Assembly (NCBI GenBank): GCA_032718475.1
Contig: JAUCBJ010002693.1
Coordinates: 1-64,000, forward strand
Direction of reading: 5' to 3'
Length of the DNA: 64,000 nucleotides
Source: Nemertoderma westbladi
Taxonomy: Eukaryota > Animalia > Xenacoelomorpha
Shown here piece after piece: positions 46,089-58,000 of this stretch (positions within the stretch are counted from its first letter, which is position 1; each line of letters opens with the position of its first letter). A program made the position numbers and the translations under genes. The notes beneath the pieces are model-generated. The model saw only the letters and a list, made by a program, of their open reading frames with translations. It made no database searches and was not told the origin of the DNA.

Positions 46089-46834
46089 AACTCTACTTTT
46101 CCTGGTGTAGTGTTTGGATTCCTTTCCCAAACTCTACTTTTCCTGGTGTAGTGTTTGGATTCCTTTCCCAAACTCTACTTTTCCTGGTGTAGTGTTTGGA
46201 TTCCTTTTCCAAACTCTACTTTTCCTGGTGTAGTGTTTGGATTCCTTTTCCAAACTCCACTTTTCCTGGTGTAGTATTTGGATTCCTTTTCCAAACTCCA
46301 CTTTTCCTGGTGTAGTGTTTGGATTCCTTTTCCAAACTCTACTTTTCCTGGTGTAGTGTTTGGATTCCTTTTCCAAACTCCACTTTTCCTGGTGTAGTGT
46401 TTGGATTCGTTTTCCAAACTCTACTTTTCCTGGTGTAGTGTTTGGATTCCTTTTCCAAACTCTACTTTTCCTGGTGTAGTGTTTGGATTCCTTTTCCAAA
46501 CTCCACTTTTCCTGGTGTAGTGTTTGGATTCCTTTTCCAAACTCTACTTTTCCTGGTGTAGTGTTTGGATTCCTTTTCCAAACTCTACTTTTCCTGGTGT
46601 AGTGTTTGGATTCCTTTTCCAAACTCTACTTTTCCTGGTGTAGTGTTTGGATTCCTTTTCCAAACTCTACTTTTCCTGGTGTAGTGTTTGGATTCCTTTT
46701 CCAAACTCTACTTTTCCTGGTGTAGTGTTTGGATTCCTTTTCCAAACTCTACTTTTCCTGGTGTAGTGTTTGGATTCCTTTTCCAAACTCTACTTATCCT
46801 GGTGTAGTGTTTGGATTCCTTTTCCAAACTCTAC
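46089..46834. repeat. 41-bp tandem satellite (~18 copies)
   Basis: AACTCTACTTTTCCTGGTGTAGTGTTTGGATTCCTTTTCCA repeated with very few variants. Confidence 0.97.
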
Positions 46835-47206
46835 AATTTTGTGTCGAGTTTGGTCTTTGCTCCTATCGAGAAGCCAGAAAATAATTCCAATTTTTCCAAT
46901 AATCCAATAATTCCAAAACAATTCCCTGTGATCTGATTGGATAATATCATCATTTCTTGTTAAATAATCACATCAAATTTGATATATTCCGAGAATCCTC
47001 AAGACTCATTAAGCCGGGCAATGCCACCATGGATGGGCGATCTTCCTTTATAGTGTTTTCTACATGTTACCGCAAGTGAAAAAGGTGACCTCCAGTGCAA
47101 ATTAACTGAAAGTGAAAATACGTTTTGGTTATTGTTTTGGTTAGAAAACACCGCCGCTATAACCTGCTCAGCTTATTTCCCCTAATGTTTTAAATTAAAT
47201 TAAACT

Positions 47207-47506
47207 AATTATAAGTAATTAAACAGGACTAAGGATGATCCAACTCTATAGCAAATGGAGCGGAAAAAATGAATTCGCCACCAGCGGGGATCGAACCCGC
47301 GTCTCCCGATAAACGTTCAGGTATGCTAACCACTACACCACGGAGCATACCTGAAGCATACCTGAACGTTTATCGGGAGACGCGGGTTCGATCCCAGCTG
47401 GTGGCGAATTCATTTTTTCCGCTCCATTTGCTATAGAGTTGGATCATCCTTAGTCCTGTTTAATTACTTATAATTTATACAATCTATGGATGTCAAACAC
47501 ATATAC
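47207..47506. mobile_element. Inverted (head-to-head) tRNA-derived SINE insertion with 14-bp flanking duplication
   Basis: Minus strand reads GCTCCGTGGTGTAGTGGTTAGCA...GGGTTCGATCCCCGCTGGTGGCG; ~120-bp inverted arms; AAATTAAACTAATT at 47197-47210 and 47507-47520. Confidence 0.75.
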
Positions 47507-48039
47507 AAATTAAACTAATTTTTATTTTTACGCCACCGTTTTTGTTCGCTATTTCTTTTCTGTCTCTGTTGAAGGGCGATGTTAGGATCCGCGCAAACTT
47601 TAATCTTTTGTTTATCTCTTATTGCCTGCCGCCTTTTGCGTTGAGCCTACTTTTCACGATTGTAACACGAGGATTATCCCTTCTGTAAATTCTCTTCGCT
47701 GACAGGGTTCTAAGTAGTTTATCGCAGATTGTCGACTTAGTGGTTCTTTCGGTGTAGTAAGAGTTGCACGCAAAGCTTATGGCAAAACCTTTCCTTCTCA
47801 TGATTCTCAACGGGTTGGCAGACGGGCGAATGTCGGCGAATTCGGCGGATGAGTAAAGTAAAGTTTTCTTTTCGTTTTCCTTCGTAGATACATTTCGTTT
47901 TGGTTTGGATTTCTTGATAATATTATTAAGAGCTTTATTGTGTTCTGTTAATTTGTCTTTCTCTTTCCTCAATGTGCGCGCCATCCAACACTTAAATAAG
48001 TGTTGGATGGTTAGTTAGGATAGTTGGATAGTTGGATAG

Positions 48040-48692
48040 TTAGGTACCACAACCAGCCTGTAAGTAATCTACCGGTATCTTAATATCTGGCAGTAAACCA
48101 CGCTTCTTGAACTGGGTTCCAGCCGAAAACAATCTATTTCCAGAGATAAAATCCTGAAGATGGACGGAATTTCGGTTAACACTATTGCTATAGACCCAGG
48201 GCGATGTAGGTGATTGATGCTGACTTGCATTAATGTCTCCCAGGAATGTTAAGAATGCATGCTGATCCACTCCATCAGTAGCTGCTTGTAGATTGTGGTA
48301 GAAATTTTCCACCTCCTCTACAGGGGCAACACTAGTTGGAGAGTAGCACACAGTGAGAACCACCTTAGGAAACTTCTTAGCCAGTCTTCCAGAACATGAG
48401 AAGTGGCAACGGATGATGCGGTTAGAGATTTTGTCTATTTTGTCCAATGCTGCATGTGCAGTTGGATTCTTCAATAGACCAATTCCACCATTGCCACTAT
48501 CATCTGCTGACGCGAGGGCGAGTCGCCAACCGCCCACCATGTCCTTAATCAGAACCTCATCAGTCTTTCCAGTCTGCATTCGGTGCTCTTGAACACCCAC
48601 TTCGCTAAGAGAAAGCTTATCTGCCAAGGCAGTCAGCTCACCTTGTCACATTGGGGACCCGAGTGTTAGGGTGTTTACTGAGGCTAGTCTAG
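48040..48692 (-). mobile_element. RTE-like LINE fragment: AP-endonuclease domain (decayed)
   Basis: LASVN..., VGVQEHR, GGIGLL, VCYSPT, FLGDINA; in-frame stop upstream of 48627; same family as 63145-64000. Confidence 0.8.
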
Positions 48693-50292
48693 TGATTTTG
48701 ATTTGATTTGATTTAGTTTAATTCACATATAGTGACAATGACACATACACATAAACACAATACACATAATGTTTAATATATATAGTAAAATGCTTAGTAA
48801 AAACTGTTAGTTCAGACTATTAAAAGCACGAAAATTAAAATTGCTAAATGTTGAAAAAGTCGGTAATATGTTTGTGCTTAGCACTGAAAGTGTTCCCTGA
48901 TAATTTATAAATCTGTTGTATAAATCGCGCTTCTTCAGCGTGTTGTGGTGATGCGGTTGGTGGGGATAAACGTTGGAATAAATTTTTAGTATGGTACTCG
49001 TAATTGCAGAGTGATGTAATGGAGGGTAGTCCGTAACTTACGACCGATTTTCTGTGCATGCTCCCCAGTCCTTGATACTCAGAACGATGGTTAGATTGCA
49101 ATGTAATCCGGAGGGATTCTTGGACATTTGTGTTGGGGCATTTTAGCGCACGAAGCAACGTACCCAAACATGATTTGTAACCCTCTAGCGACAGTGTTCC
49201 AGTTCCAAACAGATGATAAAGGGTCTCATTGGATACGTAGCATCCTAAGTGCAGGATCCCCCGTAATTGTTTCCTGTAATACAATTCCACAGTTTCAGTG
49301 TCCTTTTTGGATAGCTCCCCAATGCGAAACTTGAGTCGGTATAACAAGGATGATAGGGCAACAGTCCGCCATAACATTGCCACCGTCTGTACAGGATAGT
49401 GTTTCGTCGTCCACCCGTTTCTGTGGAACGAGTCTGTGAGAGCGGCGATCGATTGTATGATGTCTGAGGCCCCTGTTTTGTTATGTCCCGGACTTCCATA
49501 GATTGTGACCCCAAGAAATGTTAGGAACGGTGATGCTGCATGAAGATGGTCATTAATGGAAATCATGAGTGGTGGGCTCTGATTTTTTTTATTATGGTAT
49601 GGTTCTTTGAATATCCAATTCACTTTGGTTGTTTCCAAGACAAGGTTTAGATTAGTCAGTTTGGATTGTATGAGAGTGGTCATCTGTTTGATTTCGTTGT
49701 CGGAGGTTCCCAGCAGCAGTATGTCATCAGCATAAGATAGCGCGCTTATAATCAAATGAAAAATTCGGCAACCTCTACTGTCTGGACCCCCATCGTGTAG
49801 TTGTGAGAGAACACCATTCGTGTAGAAGTTAAATAAAATTGGTGATATGATTGATCCTTGTTTCAAGCCATTGTGCATTGCGAATCCATTTACATCTACT
49901 GAGCCGTTGATGTTTATGAATACTGTGCTCAAATTATAGTATACAGCCAGAAGTCGACATATATGGGGATTCATATGACCTGATAGTTTCTTGAACAAGA
50001 GGTAATGGTTGACTGAGTCAAATGCTGATGCAATGTCCATTTGGCAGACATAGACCCTGGACCCCCTGCTGCGATAGAATTCAATATATTCCAGTATGGC
50101 ACTGATTATGATATCAGACCCTATGAGCTTTTGGTAGGCAAATTGCTTTCCGTCAGGCTGTAAGTCAGCTAAGTAATCCTTCAGTATTACACCTTCAAGA
50201 ATTTTTGCGAATAGACTGATAGATGCAATAGGGCGGTAGGATGAAGGATTTAGAGTGTCTTTGCCTTTACCTTTGTAGAGACACTTGATAAC
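48693..50292 (-). mobile_element. LINE RT fragment (L2/CR1-group-like) with (AAATC)n tail
   Basis: SYRPIASISLFAKILE, QFAYQK, DIASAFDSVNH, GLKQGSIISPILFNFY, LSYADD; the frame is open up to the LTR edge at 50292; GATTT repeats at ~48695-48715. Confidence 0.88.
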
Positions 50293-51541
50293 TGTACGCG
50301 CTTTTGAAGACCTTTAGCAGTTTAACCTGCCAAAATTTATATGTCTTTTGGTTTATAAATAGACTTTAGAAGTTGACAAATATTTAATACCAATAAACAC
50401 AACATTAGCAGAAGCCAGCCTAGTGCGCGTCCATTCACCCGCTGGATATACCCGGGAGACTGGATTCTGAGGGCTTAGATTATTATTGCAGTGTAAGCTT
50501 ACTGTATTATTCGATTGATCGTTAATAAATAATTTCTGACCAATATTATTCACTTTCGGGAAATATTAACAGTTCCTTTAGGACGTGGCGCTCTATCTAG
50601 GTAAACAGAGATATGACTTATACTAATCACAACGGTAAGTCGGTAAGGCTTATGATTCACGTATGAGGCGCATTCTTTAGGAAATGCTTAGTTATCAGCC
50701 ACAATCATGCACACTACCGGTAACACACAATACTGCTCACTAATTTGCCGACCGTCAATGTATTTTATCATATATAAAGAGAACAGCAACGGACTCATGT
50801 AGTGCTTATCAAATAGCATTAAATTCACTACAAACCACAATAATATAAGTCGCAATCGCTATATATAACCCGTCTCTCTAACCTGTAGTGTATCAAGAAA
50901 ATTGGGAAATTTGGGTTCTTTATATATGTTCTCCAAATAATATTCAACCAAAACACAACAGTAAACATTAAGACGGTATGTTAAGTTATGATATGAACTG
51001 ATTTGGACCGATATGTGATATGAGTTGTTAAGATAACAGTTATACGCTCTATAATTTAAGCCTACTAATATTTCTTCTAAAGTATGAAAACGAATTGACT
51101 CTAGAGCCGGTGTTCCTGGCCTAGATAGCAACAACACAACGGTATCACAAAAACAGTAAGACTGAACACTCCTAGTATGATCGGCCGAATATCTACACGT
51201 CGACAGAAAAAATCGCTCTGATTGGCTCAAGCCAAACAAAGAACCATGCGTCCAATGGCTGTTTCCATGCCAGCAACCAGCTGCTAGATGTCGCAATCTG
51301 AATCATCAAGGCCAAGCCGTGTAAAGGTATTTGGTGCATTGCGGGTTTTTTGCCTTACCATGTCCGCCAAAGCACGTATATAGAAGAATGACTTTTATGT
51401 CCGTTAAAACACCTGTAACGGTACCTTGCGGGCGAGGGGAATATATATACAGTTAGAGAGCCTTTTAGAGTATTCCAGCGCCTGGGGGGAAACTGGATTG
51501 CAAAGCAAAGGGGCCAGTTATATCCCACAGAAGCTTTTACA
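50293..51541 (-). repeat. 3' LTR of element 2
   Basis: Minus strand TGTAAAAG...CGCGTACA preceded by purine-rich TGGGAGCGG; the 51541 boundary is inferred because the partner LTR is truncated. Confidence 0.7.
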
Positions 51542-51812
51542 CCGCTCCCAGAAAATGGGATTTGAGTCTATAAAATATACAAAATCACAGTTTCTAATAT
51601 ACGTAAATACTCTAAACAGTTAGTCTTTCTTGCGCGGACGGCGTTTACGCAGTTTTTTAAAGCTAGCCAGAGTCCTTTTCTCTTTGGGGCGAGCCACTTT
51701 ACAAGGAGGGCTATAACTCCTGGGTGAAGGGTGCAATATGATTGCATCAGAGGGTGTAGGATTATGGTCGGTGTATCCGCCAGTCGAAGTACCGGGTTGA
51801 TTGACATCAATG

Positions 51813-53050
51813 TCAGGGGAGAGGAGCTCGTTTCAAGACAGCCGCTCTTACGGGTCCTTTACGAGTGGTCTGAATGAGGGCCGTGGGTGGACCATAGGCA
51901 GTTAGAAACCTCCGGGGTTTAATGGTTCTTTCCAACTCGCGTTCGCGGGCTCGGTATTCGTAAGGCCGTCGATATACTTCCTGTAACTCGGGGTGTGAGT
52001 TAACAAACAAGTCTCCATAGTCCGGATCCTGACGGATATAATTGATTAAGTTATAGGAATGAAGGTCGCTAGGATTAACACTCCTGAGAAATTTGCGTAC
52101 GAATTTGGTTGAAATACATTCTCCGACTCGCTTCAGTAGCTCGTAACTCGATATGCGTGATTTCTGTTCAACCGAAGCGAATAGATAAGGATGGAACGCA
52201 TAAACTCCTTCGTAAGCGCGTCCGGGATAATAGCGATGGCGCGAATCACAATGTAAATCAGCGTTCGCTTCCCAAGCTCTGATGTAACGTAGTGTGATCA
52301 TTTCATCTACGCTTTCCAAATCGTGATTAAAAGGGCAATCGAAACTGGCGTGTCCCTTTAGTTGACAATGGTGACATTGAGTCATAAATTGAGGGCAAAC
52401 CGCAAAAATGTGCAAGTTATTGAGTCCGCAATACGCACAATAAATTTCCATAGTCGGTTGTTCTTGGAAATAGGAACAGCGGACGTTTGTGTCCACTGCG
52501 TATCATGGTCTCTCGATGCGCATAACCGACAACGTTGTCTAGAAACATAGTTGGCATGTCGATAATCGTACGCAGTGAGACACTGTGGACCTTGATACCA
52601 TTCTATGATGTAGTCGTTGTCGCTGTTCCGGGCGCGATAGGCTGAATCTCCTCAGATTCTAGGCATATTGGTTCGTCTTCCCAGTCTGTTACGAATAGAA
52701 TTTTCGTGATCTATTCTCGGTTTACCGTTACAACTCCGCTGGGTATGATATTTAAATAGAACCATTTCCCTTTCGGTGTCTACATCGTCCGTATCATGTA
52801 AATCGATAGGATGGCCGGTAGTTAGGAAGTCCATATACGTACTATTACGATGCGTATAGCGAGCGGTGAATTTTCGATAGTCCAATTCACGCGTAAGTTG
52901 CTCTTGGGACATCGGCGGTTCGATATAACGACCATCGTCCTCCGTAATGGTTGGATCGGTTTCACCGCGTATCAAGCTATCCACAAATGCTTGTAAAGGT
53001 AGAGTATATCGCTCCCTGATACCAAGATCATCTTCTATCAGCTCCGTCAT
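51813..53050 (-). pseudogene. Degenerate ORF3 homologue (zinc-finger region)
   Basis: CRLCASRDH...YCAYCGLNNLHIFAVCP...CHHCQLKGHASFDC...WEANADLH aligns with element-1 ORF3; in-frame TGA at 52652-52654 and a frameshift near 52496. Confidence 0.75.
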
Positions 53051-54681
53051 ATCTGCTATCTGAGTTTATTAATATCGAAATGAGTTTATGTTTAGGCGAG
53101 CGGACGTCGCTGCCTACCTCTCTTTGCCCCCGGACAGTGGGATTCTCAGCGCCGATGTACCGTCGTCGCGGTGTTTACGCCAACATGTAGCAACAGCACG
53201 ACAACGATAACCGGCACAAGTCACTCCACTGTCCGTCCCAAAGGCTTGAATCCACTTTAGGTTCTTTCTATAGGAGAGTTGGGCTACTTTCACAATTGCG
53301 ACTAGCTACTGTAAACACACCTTAGCAGTAACATTCACCTACAAACGCACAAATTCCACACAACTGTCACCAATTGTACACATACAGGCCATTTGTCCGT
53401 TAGTCAGTGCCTTCCAGAATGTCACGTTATTACTGTGTATCCTTGGATACTAACAGTGTGCTATGTATTCTCTATGCTATGCAATGTGACAAGCTTTCTA
53501 TTGTTCTTTTAACTTGCTTCTAATTCTAGCGTGGGTGTTGCTATGGTGACATTATGGAATGCTAGCGGTAGAATTAGGGTAATTCTCATGCATACAGATC
53601 TGGGATGCTATTTAATAATAATTCTTTAATTGTCAATATCCTCTTTATGCATGATTTTATTAATTTTATCGGCTATTGACTATATGTTGGAGATTCTCGC
53701 ACTCCAATACACTCAATAGGATGAATCTCCGCTCCCATGATCTATTAATTAATGGAATTTTGGGGATGTTATAAATTGCATAAAACGACAATTTATGAAA
53801 TTCATTTAAAATATGAATTTAAATTTATTCCCATGAATTTTATTATTTGATGTTAAAATTGACACAATTTGATTCCAGAGCAGGTCTGGGGACATAGGAT
53901 CCTTAATTCTATGAAATTTGTCTTTTAAGAATATCGGTAAGTGCTACGATATCTTAATCGACTAGAATTGTTAACGGATCTGAATTTTACAGATTTTACT
54001 AAATATTAAATTAATATTTAAGATGGGCACCGATTTATTCCAGAGCTTGTCTGGGGACGTTAACCACTGATTCTAGAATTTGTCTTTCAAGTATATCGGT
54101 GGGTGCCGCGATATCTTAATCGACTAGAATTACAGATGGTCAAAAGGTTTAACAGATTTATTTGCATTTTACGCTACTGTTAGAGGGACATCACGCTACT
54201 ATATGTATTATTTAATATAAGGTAGAAGAGCAATATCGCACGAAGCAATGTCAGTGTGAAGAGGCAAGTCGTTTCCAAGGTCTACCCAGAGCTTGGTTTA
54301 GCTGAGACACGAGGATCTGAACTTTGCATTCCTAATACTCTGCCTACCAATAATACTTAAATATAGTAGGGGCTTTATTGTACTTTAATAAGTACGGACA
54401 TTTCATCTTACTGTAGTCACGTATTTATAATATGATACGGACAGTAAGGAAAGAGAAAAATAATTATTTTCTCGCCGTCGCACTAAATATATATTATAAG
54501 TAATTACGTACGTAATAAACACTAATATATTGCACTAATCTACTAAATAATCACCAAAATAACATTCTACTAAATAAAATTAAAGAAAACGATTATAATA
54601 AAATTACATAATAATACATACATAAATATAAAATAAAAACAAACATAAAATGATATAGTCACACGCCCACTCCATATGTTA

Positions 54682-55002
54682 TTACGTTATGGAGTCCCTA
54701 GATATTTGTCGGATTAGGGAAGTGGTCGTAGGAAGAGTATCTTGCCTTCCATAGTTTCCGGACAGTTTTCGGTCTCTTTCCAGTAAACATAAACGACCAG
54801 CTGGGCGATTGAGTTGTTGTGTTACTTTCTCCGCTCCCTTGGCCTGTCTAATCTCCGCCGGGGTAAGATGAGGAGGCCATTCTTCTTCTTCTTTACTTAA
54901 GAAGTCGGATCCACCTAACCAGCCTGGAGTATCTATCAGTTCTTGAGGAGTTGCTCCTCTGGAAGCGATGTCGGCTGGATTAATCGTCCCAAGGCAATGT
55001 CT
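54682..55002 (-). pseudogene. pol: Fused pol remnants (RNase H end joined to integrase C-terminus)
   Basis: In frame with gag after the TAG: RHCLGTINPADIASRGATPQELIDTPGWLGGSDFL...WP...LNRPAGRLCLLE. Confidence 0.85.
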
Positions 55003-58000
55003 CTATTGATCTACATTGGAGTTAATATCGTCATTATCTGAGGAGTATGGTGTTCCCTCAGTTGGATCGTCCACATCACTGCTCTCCACTTCCCATTCCT
55101 TTACTTGGTATACCTGTTGTTGAGGTAATCTCTCTTTGAGAGTTCTACGGGAAGGGCCAGTGAAGTACCAACCTACTCTAGTTCTTACCGCATAGGTTTG
55201 TAGTGGCTGCGGTTGAGCAGGCCGTTTCTCCAATGTCTCGAGCGTCTCATGCGCGTTTTGGCCGATGAGTATTTGCACTCCAGGATAATCTGTCTGGAGC
55301 CGAGGTATCTTAAGATGTTGGATGCTCTCATCCTCGTCCCAATTATAAAGGTCTGCTTGGGTAGCAGCTAAGTTCTTTATAGCCACCATTTTTACCGACC
55401 TTATACCTTGTGCTCCTAATTTATCCTGGGGGGTGGACAACACACCTACATAGTAGTCTGCCGTTAGGGTAGATTTCCAAACCTGCATAATTCCTGACAT
55501 ATTCAATTTAGTCCGGAATTTGGGTTGTCCAGCAAAAATATCTTCGGCTAGTTCTTGATCGATGAATGTTCCTGTGCTGCCGAAGTCAAGGAGGGCATTC
55601 ACTATGTAACTTTTGTTAGGACCATGAACTCTTACCTGCACTACAGGAAATTCTCTGATTCCTACGTTGGAAGTTGGAGCTTTCCAAGATGGTTGTCTGG
55701 CAAAAGTAGTTGGGGGGAACTCATTGTCGGTGTCCTTTTCATAAGTGAGTGCTCGATACACTGAGGTATTTATTAGGTAACAGGATTCGTTGGCGTCGGA
55801 GAATTCGTCAGTATAGAATCCTTCCATCTCAGACTCTTGATCAGTGTCATTTACATCACTGAATTGGACATGTAGTTCGGGCTCACTTACCTGACTCGGG
55901 GTGTCTCGTTCGAACTCACTGTGTAACAAGATGTGATGTTTCGCGCCACACTTTGCACACTTTACGTCGGAGTAACAGGTTCGCCGTTGGTGTCCTGATC
56001 TGAGGCAATTATAGCATAACCGCTTATTCCACAGGACTGTACGTCTGTCTACAAGGGATTTCTTTAGAAATTCAGCACACGCACTCAAACGGTGGGGCCC
56101 GTCGCACAGCGCACATTTTGGTTTGATGTTACTCACTTTACCTTGGGTAACGTTATGCACTCTCGTTCTTTCTTCGGGCTTTCTTCCGTGAATTCTCTTA
56201 GGAGACATAGGAGGAGTTGTTGTTACCTGTTCTCTCCTGTCACTGGTTCGAGACTTATATTTACTTACGTCTTTATAGGTCTTGTTGTCATAGTAAGATT
56301 TTGCTGTGTCTTTCCCGCTGTCCTCTTCTTGAGAAGCTTGGCTTTCGCCGTCGTCAGTATAACACACTGGTATTATCCTTCTCCTAGAAACGGGTTTCTC
56401 ACTTACCTTATTTTCCGATGTTTTCTCTCTGGACTGCTTTATGAGTTGTAATTTTACTTCACTATCTAAGAAGGACATGAGATCAGCCATAGTAGGGCTT
56501 CGTCGTTGTTGTTCATTCATATACAACACTTTCTTGTCCCAGCGTGTACATACTCCACCCTTTGGTAAAGTAGAGACTACTGCTCCAATAACCATGGAAC
56601 TCTGATATTCATGAGACTTACCTAACCAGTCCAATTGTCTACAGATCTCCTGAATCTCATCGGAAAACTCTATAATCCCGCTACTAAGGAAGTTTCGGGG
56701 GGCTACTAATTTTGCATACAAATACTTAGCTATGTTATCCTTGTTACCATACCTGATGTTTAATGTATCCCAAACTTGTCTTAATCCTTCTGGATGTCCA
56801 ATAAACTTTAACGCCATTAACTTGGGAGGTCCTTCCAAGCACTTGATGAGGAACCTAAGTTTCTCTCCGTTAGATAGTACAGAGTTCTGTATGCTGTCTT
56901 TGTAATATTCATTGAAAGGTAACCATTTCATCTCATCTCCATTGAATTTGACGATCTCTCCCACTTTGACCGCTTGGCGGGCTTCTGTTCTAGCCATCTG
57001 ACGCGTAAAGCTTTCTTGGGCCATCGTGTTATTTAATATCGAATTATCGGCATATAAATTTCTCGGATCATTATCAGGTCTATAGGGAATATCATTAACA
57101 ACAGGTTTATAATCACCCTTAATAGGGTTTGCTATAGGAGTTTCTACTTCACTAGCAGTATAGATGCGTGTAGGCTCCACACCTTGCGCATGTAATACTT
57201 CAGACCTAACAGGTTGACACAATGTTACAGGGGGTATTGATATACCATTTTGTATATTGACTAATTTGTCGCGTTCTAGCGCGATACTTTGCTGCACTTC
57301 TTGCAATTCGGCCCTACCTTCCCTTACTGTTCCCTTAAGTTGGTGGACAGTCTCCTGCATCTGTCCGAGCAGGAGATTCATCCCCCGCCGTCCCTCCTCT
57401 ACCCACTCGACCGCCGAAGCGGGAGTCGCCAACATTGTAGCGGGCTGACGCGGGACGACGGGAGACAAATCTTTGATTTCTCTCTCAGCTTCCAGGACAG
57501 GGATATTCTCATGGACTGTTCTACCGGGTACAGGCAGTGTAGTACTGTGTAGAGGGAATTTAGAGTTAAGCTCTGGAAGTACAGGGGTCTCTAGCACAGG
57601 AGTGACTTTGTGAACGACAGGCCTAATTATTTCAGGCTCATCAACTATTGTAGGGAGTCTTTTGACCTGAATAATTTGTTCTGTAGGTTCTGTACCACCT
57701 AAGTCTGTGCTAGCTAGTTGTCTTCTAACCGCTGGGGGCAAATCAGGCAATTTGTAACGGTGAGATGTTTTTCTACGCCTGCTTAGACGAGATCTATTTC
57801 CTCCGCCTTCAGGATCGGTGGTCTCGCCTTCCTCCGATGATGTGTATCCTTGGCGCTTGGGAGTAGATCGACTCCTCATCTGCATTTGACTAGCAGTTAA
57901 CTGTTTATTTATGCAGTCTTGCGTCTCTTGAAGATTTTCCAACTCCAGTTGTGTGATCTCCTCAGACGCTCTCCGTTCTGCTTCTGCCACCGCTGCATTT

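Noticed and set aside
43439-46622. Repetitive ORFs (DDLPTIL..., KESKHYTRKS...)
   Set aside because: Translations of the 21/22-bp and 41-bp satellites.
47277-47347. Functional tRNA gene
   Set aside because: Acceptor stem pairs poorly, the anticodon loop is non-canonical, and it is attached to a SINE-like body inside a duplicated target.
47619-47984. 121-aa basic ORF on the minus strand
   Set aside because: No recognisable domain, low complexity, lies among TE debris; cannot be supported as a gene.
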